Origin: Caecitellus pseudoparvulus
Taxonomy: Eukaryota > Protista > Bigyra: Bicosoecida
DNA: 64,000 nt
Reading direction: 5' to 3'
NCBI GenBank assembly: GCA_965644315.1
Contig: CBFFRQ010000030.1
Coordinates: 496,001-560,000, forward strand
The position numbers and the translations under genes are program-made. The notes below the pieces were generated by a model. It saw only the letters and a program-made list of their open reading frames with translations, ran no database searches and had not been told where the DNA came from. Positions 32,056 to 41,971 of this stretch are shown here, in pieces. The stretch's first letter is position 1. Each line of letters begins with the position of its first letter.

Positions 32056-33218
32056 ATGCGGGGCTTCACGTTCGCCATTGCCTTGGCGGGTCTGGTGGCA
32101 GCCAGTGCGTTCAATATTTCACATGAACAGCTTCTCCAGATGCAGTCTGCGTCACGAAAGGCTCCAGTCTTGAAATCCTCCAAACGGTGCGGTGGGAGGC
32201 AGCAACGCCTGGCGCACGATCTGCAAGTTTCGAGCAGCACGTGACACGCCCGTGCCAACGCAGGCCTGGCCTGCAGCAGCCCACCACAGCATCTTACCGA
32301 CCTGTCGTGCTCATGCATGGGCTGGGTGACGCCGGCAGCAACCCAGGCATGCAGAGCCTGGCGCAGAGTGTGCGGGATGCGTATCCCGGCATCCACGCTG
32401 TGAGCGTGGACGTGGCGGATGGCCTGGCGTCCTTCTTGACGCCCATGTGGGAACAGGTGGAGCAGTTCGCAGCAGTGGTGCGGGCCGATCCACAGCTGGC
32501 TGGCGGCTTCAACGTCGTGGGCCTGAGCCAGGGTGGCCCCGTGGTGCGGGGGTACGTCGAGGCATACAATGACCCTCCTGTGCACCGCTTCGTGAGCATT
32601 TGTGGCGTGCAGGGCGGCGAATTCAACTGCCCGCTGGAGATGCAGATCATCCCCTTTGTCTGTGACATCTTCCAGGACAACCCATACCACTTCCTGTTCA
32701 ATGGCAGCATCCCCCTCTCCTTCAGCGACTACTGGGTGGATGTCAACTTCACGCGGTACTTGACTGGTGAGAGCGAGCGCAGCAGCTGCAACGGCAGCCA
32801 CCGCAACACAGCCCAACTCGCCGCACTGTGCGCAGAGAATACCTTCCTTGTGCCTCTGAACAACCAGCAAGACGACGCCTCCCTGCACAACGCCACGTAC
32901 AAGGCGAACTGGCAGTCCCTGGACCACCTTGTTCTGATTGAAGCGACAGAAGACACTGTCGTATACCCCTACCAGAGCGAACAGTTTGGAGGGTATCTGC
33001 CGGGCAGCACCAAGGCTGTGTACAACTACACCACCTGGCAGCCATACCTGCAGGATTCCTTCGGCTTGAAGTCACTGTTCGACGCTGGCAAAGTCACCCT
33101 GGGCTCGTACAAGGGTGACCACCTGCGGTTCTCGACGCAGTACTGGGAAGACACCGTGTTGCCGTGGTTCAACGACACCATGCCGTCCACGAACCACGGC
33201 GGTTTTCTGCGGGGTTAG
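32056..33218 (+). CDS. PPT1: Palmitoyl-protein thioesterase (lysosomal, signal peptide)
   Basis: Signal peptide MRGFTFAIALAGLVAASA, intron 32187-32263, PVVLMHGLGD, nucleophile GLSQGG, EDTVVYP..SEQFG and GDHLRF. Confidence 0.9.
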
Positions 33219-33456
33219 GGTTTCTGGTCCGACCCTGTGCGACTCGCTGTGTTGTGTGCGTCACTGTTGCAATGCATGTACGGTGATGGGAGCTTGCCCC
33301 GCTGCGGCAGCCCCGCACATTGGCCGCCTCTGCTCACTTTATGTCCAAGGACTGTGCACGCTGGGCCACGGGCGTGTCTGGCCCACGTGCAGCTTGCAGA
33401 CTGCCCCACCTCCACCTGCGGGTGACTTCATTGGCTGACCCCGCCCGACTGCAGAC

Positions 33457-36400
33457 ATGGCAGCCGCTGCAGCCTCCACGCCGCCCCCGAGCTCGGGCTC
33501 CAGCCGCAGCAATGTTAAAGTTCTCTGCCGCTTCCGCCCCATGAACTCCAAAGAGAAGGAGATGGGCACCACGTCTGTGATCGAAGTGCCTGGCGGCGGC
33601 AAGCATGGAGTCGTGAAGCTGCTGGTGCGTGGCTGCAGGTGCAGTGCAGGAGGACCGTTTGCTGTCCAGCACTCCGCGCCCAGCGCACCTGCGCTGCAAG
33701 CACCCACACAAACGTACACATACGTATACGTTTTCACTGCAGACGACCGAGAAGAGCTCGTACTCGTTTAACTTTGGTGCGTGCGGTCGCGCGTGTGTGA
33801 GCCGTGCAATTTCCGCACGCCCCGCTGTGGCGTTTGTCCGCTGCAGACAGCGTCTTTGACTCGGGCTCCTCCCAGCAGGAAGTGTACGAAGCTGCGGCAA
33901 TGCCAGTGGTTAATGATGTCATCGACGGGTACAACGGCTGCTTGCTGGCCTACGGACAGGTGGGTGTCAGAGCGTGACATGCTGGCTTGACAGTTTGAAC
34001 GCTGCCACTTGCTCTGCACAGACTGGGGCGGGCAAGACCCACACCATGATGGGCCCCTCGGCCACAGACCGCGACCTGGCAGGCATCATCCCCCGCGTGG
34101 TGAATCAGATTTTCGAATTCGCCAGTGCCGCAGACGAGACCGTGGAGTTCACGGTGCAGGTGTCCTTCGTGGAGATCTACCTGGAGCGCATCCGGGACCT
34201 GCTGGACCCGTCCAAAGACAACCTGCAGGTGGGGGAGGACCCCGCCCAGGGCGGCGTGTACATCAAGCACGTGACGGAGGTGTACGTGACGTCAGTGGAG
34301 GAGATGTTGGAGGTCATGGAGCGTGGCAATGCCAACCGGGCAGTGGCAGCCACAGGCATGAACGCAGGGTCCTCCCGCTCCCACTCCATCTTCGTCGTGG
34401 CGCTGACCCAGAAGGACAGCGCTGCAGGGGAGACCAAGACAGGGCGGCTGTACCTGTGTGACTTGGCGGGCAGCGAGACGGTGAACAAGACGGGCGTGCA
34501 GGGGCAGCAGCTGAAGGAGGCTCAGAACATCAACAAGTCCTTGTCAGCCCTGGGCAACGTCATCAACGCCTTGACTGACGGGCGCACCAAGCACGTGCCT
34601 TACCGCGACTCCAAGCTCACCCGTGTGCTACAGGAGAGCCTGGGCGGCAATTCCCGCACCAGCCTCATCATCAACGCGTCACCCGCCGCGTACAACCAGA
34701 TGGAGACGCTCAGCACCCTGCGCTTCGGCAAGCGAGCCAAGAGCATCAAAAACAAGGCCACCATCAACAAGCGCCGCACGCCGGAGGAGATGGAGCGCTA
34801 CATCGCAGTGCTGGAGGCCCGCCTTGCTGAGAGCGCGGACCGGGAGGCGCTGTGGGTGGCTGCCGTTAACGGCGGGGATCTGGACCCCGCCCTCGTGCCC
34901 ATACTGCAGGCAGCAGGGGGGTCAGGGGAGGTGTCCCTCGCGGAGGGCGCGGCCGCCGCTGTGGCTGCCGCTGGCACCGCCAGCAGTGAGGGCGATTCCA
35001 GTGCCGCGCTGGATGCGTTGCAGGCTCGGTATGACGACCTGGAGTCGCGCACCGGCACCCTCAGTTCCTTGCTGGCTGAGGCAGGTGCCGAGGTGAAGAA
35101 GCAGCGTTCCTCAGCCAGTAGTGCCAAGCGCAAGCTGGAGGCTGCCCGGAAGTCTCTCCTGGAGAGCAAGGAGCACGCCTCTGGTCTGCAGGCAGAAGTG
35201 ACGGCCCAGGAGGAAGCCCTGCAAGCGGCCAAGGCGGCAGCTGCCGAGGCTGAGGGGCAGGCAGCCAAGGCGCATGAGGAGGCCACCCGGCTCAAGTCTG
35301 AAGTGGCGGCGCTGACCAGCCGTGTGGCCAGCCTCACATCGGCAGCGGATGAGCTGCGGCAGAGCAAGGCGGACTTGGTGCAGGAGAAGGCGAGCTTGGA
35401 GGCGGAGCACAAGAGCCTGGTGTCGCAGCAGGTGGCTGCCATTGAGCAGCGTGTCAAGGCGCGCAAGGCGGGAGGTGCCCGCCCCGGGCCAGCCTCCCCC
35501 AAGGCGGCAGGTGCCGCGGGCAAGTCCGCCTCCGGGTGGGTGGATGACGACGGCGCGGGCAGCAGCACCAGCGCAGCGGAGGAGCCCTCCACGCCATCCT
35601 CCCTCAAGGCGGCCCTGTCTGAGGCGCGGGCAGAGGCCTCCAGCATGGCCGCCACTGCCAAGGCAGAGGCGGCACGCGCCGACGAGCTAGGGCAGCGCCT
35701 GTCTGATCTGGACGACGCGCTGGCTGCCAGCAAGGAGTCTGTGGCGCAGCTGCAGGAGGCCAAGGCGGCGGCGACGGCGCGCCTGGAGGCGCTGGAGGAA
35801 GAGGCAGCTGAGGCCACCCAGGCGGCAGCCAAGGCCAAGGCTGAGGCGTCTGAGCTGCGTGACACGGTGCTGGACCTGCGTAAGGCACAGGCACACCTGC
35901 AGGAGAGCGTGCACGTGGAGGAGCAGCTGCGTAAGCTGGGAGATGCGGCCCTGGCCGTGGCAGAGGGGCGAACGGCGGAGCTGCCTGCTGCCGACGGCGT
36001 CGTTGGCGTGGCCGGGGAGCCAGTGCTTGAGGAGGTGTGGGAGAACCAGCGCTTCTACCCGTTGGGCGGCTGGTCGGATGAAATGCTGCCCTCAGATCCG
36101 CCGGCCGAGTGCAGACTGGCCGCCACAGGCGCCTCGTCTGCCTCCCCCACCGACCCCGTGGCGACGTTTTGGGGCGCTCCAGCCCCCCACGAGGACGTTG
36201 CACTCCCAGATGCTGGGCAGTGGCACTGGCTGGGCCCGTGGCGGGTGGACTTGGGCGGAGCAGTTGACGAGCACGGGTGGCAGTACGCTGTGGACTTTGA
36301 CGACCTGTACCGCGACGAAGGACTCACGGGGCGCAGACCAGGAGCCCCCGCCAAGGCAGAGTCCCCCACTTCCAAAAGCGGCCCCTCCACTCTCGCCGAG

Positions 36401-37753
36401 TTTAGGGGGGCGCGCAGCCCGGAAGACACTGTGCGCCGGCGCCGATGGGTGCGCCACCGGGTGTCCCTGGAAGGCCCACCCGCCATGCAGGAAGTCTCCA
36501 CATTCCTCCTGCAGGCCACAGCGGCGCCGGAGGATGTGGTAGCTGGTGCTGCGGGTGCTGCCTCTGCCCGGCGAGCAGTGGAGGTGTTTTCTGCACAGGC
36601 TCAGGAGGAGGTGCTGCGCCTGCGTGGGGAGGTGGAGGCGAGGGCAGCAGCCACGGCAGCCCTTCGAGGTGAGCTGTCGCGCAAGGCGGTGCTGGTGCGG
36701 CAGTACGAGCGCCGCATCGGGGAGATCCTGCAGAAGATGGCCGACGCCGCCTCCACAGGGAACCTCTCCCACATCAGCGGCTCCGGCTCCAGCCCGGCCC
36801 AGGTACGCTCCATCCGGGGGGGTGGCGGCAAGGGTGCCCCCCAGCAGGTGCGGTCCATCCGGGGGGGACACCGCACGAGTGGTGGTGGGGTGAGTGGCTT
36901 CCTCGCCTCCCTCTTCTCCAGCCCCAGCAAGGCTGGCACGGGGTCAGTGCCCATCACGTCAGCGTCGTCCAGGCCGCCGCCTGGCAGCGCACCCGTGACC
37001 CCAGCAGGCCGGGAGCCACCCTTGCCAGGCAGCAGCATGGGGGGCACCCCCAACGCAGGGGGGCCGGCGTCCTCTGGGTGGTTCTCGTGGTCTGGCATTG
37101 GGTCTGGTGGACGGGGCCGAAGCACGCCCGGCTCCAGCACCGACTCCGCTCTCCTCGTCGCCGCAGCGTCCGGCGACCCCACTGCTGTGCAGACGGTGCT
37201 TGCGGATGACACCAGCGCCCTGCACCAAGTGGATGGCCACAGCCGCACGGGCGTCATCGTCGCTGCGCGTGCTGGGCACTTGGACGTGCTACGCGCCCTG
37301 GATGGGGCCGGCGCCGACCTGCATGCACTGGACAACGACCGAAGGTCGGCGCTGCACTACGCAGCTCGCAAGGGGCACGTGGAGGTGGTCAAGTGGCTAC
37401 TGCACAAGGGCCTAAGTGTGGCGGCGACGGATTCCCACGACCTCAGCCCCCTGCACCAGGCGGTGCTGGGGCGTGCCGCAGGCGTGTGTGACGTCCTGCT
37501 GGGCCGGGGCGCCGACCCCGCGGCCAGAGACACGAAAGGCTGCACTCCGCTGGCACTGGCCACCAAGTTTAGCCAAGACGCGGGGAACGCCACGGAAACT
37601 GCGGAATGGGAGCAGGTCATTGCTGTGCTGCGGCGCTGGGCACCCCCTTCAGTTCGAAGAGATGCCCCCCCAGCCCCCGAAGTGCTTGCTGGCGGGTCAG
37701 CTGAGATGTCAGCCACCACTGTCAGCTCGCCGACACATGCCCCACGGGAGTAA
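33457..37753 (+). CDS. Kinesin-1-like motor with coiled coil, DysF domain and C-terminal ankyrin repeats
   Basis: NVKVLCRFRP, YGQ|TGAGKTHTM (split by an intron), SSRSH, DLAGSE, HVPYRDSKLTRVLQESLGGNSRT. Three short 5' introns. DysF Trp pattern at 36029-36460; ankyrin repeats (SALHYAARKGH, SPLHQA, TPLALA). Confidence 0.92.
33806..33816 (-). promoter_or_regulatory. GCGGAAATTGC motif copy (kinesin 5' intron)
   Basis: Exact reverse-complement copy of the recurrent 11-mer. Confidence 0.35.
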
Positions 37754-37791
37754 TGCAACAAACAGGCTTTGCATTGCGCACTGCGGTCTGA

Positions 37792-39640
37792 CTACTCTCC
37801 CTCTGCCGCAGGGGCATTCCCAGGCTGAGGCATGTCGTCCACACCTCCGACAAGTCCCTCATACAGCCAAGAATAGATAGATCCAGACGCTGCTGGTGCT
37901 GGGGCAGGTGCTGGGGCAGGTGCTGGGACTGGAGCTGGGGATGGCGTTGGGGCTGGTCCAGGAGCTGGAGCTGGTGCTGGCTCAAGTGCTGTTGTTGGCT
38001 CTGGGACCGGTGCAGGAGCTTGGATGACCGGAGGCTGGTGAGCAGCGGCGCCACTTGGTTGCTCTCCAACCATGCTGGGCTCTGCTGCTGCGGGGGAGGG
38101 TGCTGGAGCGGCAGGGGACTGTGGGGCAGACTTTCCTTCGCTCTCTTGGGCAGCTGACTGCTGTGCGGGAGGTAACGCCGGCGGGGCGTCAAAGGGTGAC
38201 TGACCCAGTCCACTCGGAGCTGCCGACGCGAACATGGACGCGGCTGATACAGTGGGTGGGGCGCTGCCGCTTGGGAGCAGCGGCTGACTCGGTGGCGTAT
38301 GTGCTTGCTCTGGCCCAGTCTGCGCCCCACCAGCGGCGGGTGCGTGGGAGGCGGGCTCTGCCTGCCCCACAAAAGCATCCTCTTCAGCATCCACGGGGGA
38401 TCCGGCCGGTGGCGTGGTGAGCGGGGCTTCTCCCACACGTGTGCTGGGTGGTGGGCCTGCAGCAGCAGGTGCTGTGGGGTGCGCGGGCGCGCCCTCAGCC
38501 AATTGGCTGCCCTGTACAGACGCAGGCGGCTCAGAGGTGCTCTCCGTTGCTGTGGACTCCTCACTCTGCATCAGCGGCGGTGTGGCATCCATTGGCAGGA
38601 TGTAGGGTTGCTTTGGTGGGTGCGAGAGCTCTGTGGGCTGTTGCACTGGCTGAGGCGCTGGAGGGCCACCTGCAGCAGCAACATACTCATTCTCACCCAG
38701 GGTTGTCCGGTTGGGCAGGGCGTGCAGTTGGCCTGTCGCGACTGACAGCCCCACGCCGGTCCTGCCGGGCTCCCACTCCCCCGCAGGCACGGTTAGTTTC
38801 ACCAGCCGGACAGAGTCACGGGCGGCGTTGAAGACGTAGAACGTGACCTCCACGCCGGCCTTGTATGCGATGTACCCTGCGAAGTCCTGTGGGGTCTCAA
38901 ACAGCGCGTCGGCAGCCCCGAGAATAAAGTCCCCGTCCTCGTCCAAGCCTGCCAGCGCGGCAGGAGACCGCGGCAGCACCTTCACGACGTGCAGGACATT
39001 GTCGTGTGTTCCTGCGTAGCTCCCGAACTGAATGAAGATCCCCAGCAATCCTGACCCACCCCACGCACGAGGGACAACCTCCACGACTGTGCGGGGAGCG
39101 GGGGCGCAGCGTGATGGTGGCTCAACTACACACGGAGCACCAGGGCCGGCGTACCTCGCAGAGCTCCGCACTTCGCGTTGAAAACATCAAGCGTGATGGG
39201 GCGTTCCTGGTTTCGAACAAGCTCGTGGATGAAAGTGTCATCTTGCTCGTCCTGCAAGGCAGCGCAGCTCGCGGGGGATGCGGTGTGAGCTCTCCACCTG
39301 CACGTGGCGTTTCACCTCACCAGCCGCTGCCCGTTCACAGCCACAATAAAGTCGAACCAAGCGACCAGACTGGAAGTCGGTGGCGTTGACATGAAAGGTG
39401 GCGCAACATACTCCTGTCCCTCCTCCGCTTCAGGCCGGCAGTCGAAAACCTGGCGCGCACAGGCGTAGCGTATCAGGGCGTGGTTGGGTGGAGTTTCGCT
39501 TTGCTCTCAACCCAACGCACCTTCAAGACCCGGACGTTCGATGCTGGACCCCCAGGTTGCACGGTTGACACCCGATACCCAACGGGCTCACATTCCTCGC
39601 TGTGCCTGTACACAGGCGTGCCACTCGGTGTGTTTCCCAT
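37792..39640 (-). CDS. GORASP: Golgi reassembly stacking protein GRASP55/65 homolog
   Basis: Myristoylatable MGNTPSG start, GYRVSTVQPGGPA, FDFIVAVNGQRL, VVPRAWGGSGLLG, VLHVVKVLPRSPAALAGL..DFILG, G.LHALP and a Pro/Ser-rich tail. Three introns. Confidence 0.88.
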
Positions 39641-39838
39641 GACTGCTGCACCTGCCACGGGGAGGACTGATGGTGCTCAGCACCCAGTACTTGCGTTCCA
39701 AATCAGCAGGAATGCCCACACCGCGCTGAATGGGGCACGCTACTGGTTCACATCGGTGTTGAAGGAAGGTTTTAGATGAAGGAATTTGTGGCAGACGCAT
39801 GAGTGCGTGGCAGCTGGCTGACCCTCGGCAGTTTTCAA

Positions 39839-40093
39839 ATGTCCCAGAATGTGAGGAAGCTCTGCGTCAACTCCGGTCGCTACGATGTGTGGGGCAGCAT
39901 TGACTTCCAGTGGTACGACATCCTTGACTGGCCTTGGGGCTGGGATTACCGGACCACCTTCACGATCAGATTGTTTGATATTTCTCTTGTTGGCGACAGG
40001 AAGCGGGTGGAGTGGGGAAACATGGGCAAGATCAACGAGCACGTGCGCAACCCCGTCGATAATTCTTGGGGACCCAAGTTCTCCAGGTGGTAA
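39839..40093 (+). CDS. Small Trp-rich hypothetical protein (84 aa) in a lower-GC island
   Basis: Complex, non-Ala-rich sequence (8 Trp), preceded by a branchpoint/acceptor-like gctgaccctcggcag. It lies in an otherwise unassigned gap between GRASP and TRAPPC13. Confidence 0.4.
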   Translation: MSQNVRKLCVNSGRYDVWGSIDFQWYDILDWPWGWDYRTTFTIRLFDISLVGDRKRVEWGNMGKINEHVRNPVDNSWGPKFSRW

Positions 40094-40411
40094 ATTGGCA
40101 AGCAACGCTTTATACCGCCATGTGCAATGCATCTGGACTATTCAGTGCTTTTCAGTCCAAGTGTTGCGCTTTGTGACTGAGCGGGAGGATTCTTGAGGCT
40201 CTGCTTCAAGTATGGGCCTCAGGCTATGATGGAATTTGCCCGAGCACCCTGAGGGGCGATGCCAACACAATGAATTCGCCCACCAGTAACAGCTGTTGAG
40301 ACCTCTTTTCTGCGCGAGCCTCAATCGTCTTCACTGCACTTGTAGCTGCGTGCTTGGGCAACTGAGCGCGCACCTCTGGTCCAACTTCCGCACCACGCCA
40401 AGCCACGCGCC

Positions 40412-41966
40412 ATGTCGTCGGGCCCAGAGCGCGTGAGGCAGGCAGGCTCCAAGCCACCAAGCCATCCAATATCCCTCCGTGGTGCGTATTTGCACATTGA
40501 TCTTCTCGGCCCGTCCCCGCATCACTCGAGGACGCGCTGCCTTCACAGTCATGCGGGTGTGCCAGCCAAGCCTGCACAGCTCACTTGGAGGGCGCATGCA
40601 AGCCCTGAGTAGCGCGCCTGAGAGTGTGTTGGCGGGCGTGCCATTTGACAGCCCCATGTTGCCGAGTGGTTTCGGCGTCTTGTACAGCGGGCAAAGCTTC
40701 ACCGCCCACGTTGTGTGCCTGAACCACACACGGCTGCCAGTGGGAGACGTGAGCATGGCGGTGAGCATGCTCACAGGCCCAGGCGGTGCCACAGTGACCC
40801 CCCTGCCTGATGTGCGGCTGCTGGACACACCCAGCGATGGACAAGGGGACGACTCGGGCCCCTCCAGCCCCACCAACGACTTCGTGCAGATTGCCGCTGG
40901 GGGTCACGGGGACATGATGGTGCGCCTGTCCGCGCTGCAGGGGGGCCTGCACAGTCTGCGGGTGACTGTGCGGTACCGGGACTTTCACGGGCAGCAGCGG
41001 CAGCTGCAGCGCAACTACCGCTTCCAGGTCAAGGACGCCTTCGCGTCCAGCCTCGCTTGTGTGCCCAGCCTGTCTCACCAGAGCCCACTTTCCACGGGCA
41101 CGGTCGTCACAGCCACGCTGCGGAACGTCACAAGCACTGCAGCATCCCTCGGTTCATGCGCCTTTCTCCCTGCGCCAGGCTGTACGGCCCGCCTGCTGCA
41201 AGTGCGGATCGGTGGGGAGAGCCCAGCGGCTGGCATGGGCAGTGGCAGTCTGCCGCAGTGGGCGGGTCCAGCTTGCGGAGAAGTGGACGGCGAAGAGTGG
41301 AGCACTAGCGCTGCATTCGCGAAGGAGCCCCTGCTGTACCCTGGCCAAGAGGTTGAGGTGAGCTTCTTGGTGCTGCGCCACCTCGTGCAGCCTCGAGGTG
41401 GGGCGCTGGCAGCCGCTCTGCCACAGGGCACATTTGAGCTGGGGGAGTATGACGCGCATGCCATGCGCGTCAGCACTGCTGCAGACGCCGAACTGGGTCG
41501 TGTCATCGTGCCCTGGACAGTGGGGGTGGGGGAGGAGGGCACGTGGCGGTCCAAGGCCATCGCCTCCACCGCATCCAGTCCCTCCCTGTGCCACGTCGTG
41601 GCGCCGAGCGCCGTGGAGGTAGGACCAGGAGAAATGGTGGAGGTACCCGTGTTCCTGACCAGCCTCTCCACGAACGAGGAACACTCTGCATTCACGCTGC
41701 AGCTGTCCCCACCCGAGGGGTGTGGCTGCGCTGTGCTGGGGTGCGAGGTGGTCAGCTCTGGGAAGCTGCCCCCATGCGGCGTGGTGGCACATACCTTCCA
41801 GCTCGCAGGCCTCGCACCGGGCAGTCATCGGTTGGAGCTGGTGGTGTCTCGTGCCGGTGCAGACGCCCCTGACTGCCGAGCGGATGGCCAGGCGATGCTT
41901 GAGGCGCCGCTGGGCGAGGGGCAGCGCCTCGCCTGGCACACTCTGTACGTGCGCGTGGGGTCGTGA
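40412..41966 (+). CDS. TRAPPC13: Trafficking protein particle complex subunit 13 (DUF974)
   Basis: HPISLR|VMRVCQP across intron ~40482-40548, LPSGFGVLYSGQSF..VCLN, G.HSL.V.V.Y..RNYRFQV and LGRVIVPW..GEEG. Confidence 0.82.
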
Positions 41967-41971
41967 GTGCC

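Noticed and set aside
37895-37985. Tandem GC-rich repeats (also ~26930-26990 and ~25150-25210)
   Set aside because: They encode PAPAPA linkers in GRASP and the C2 protein; not CRISPR or satellite arrays.
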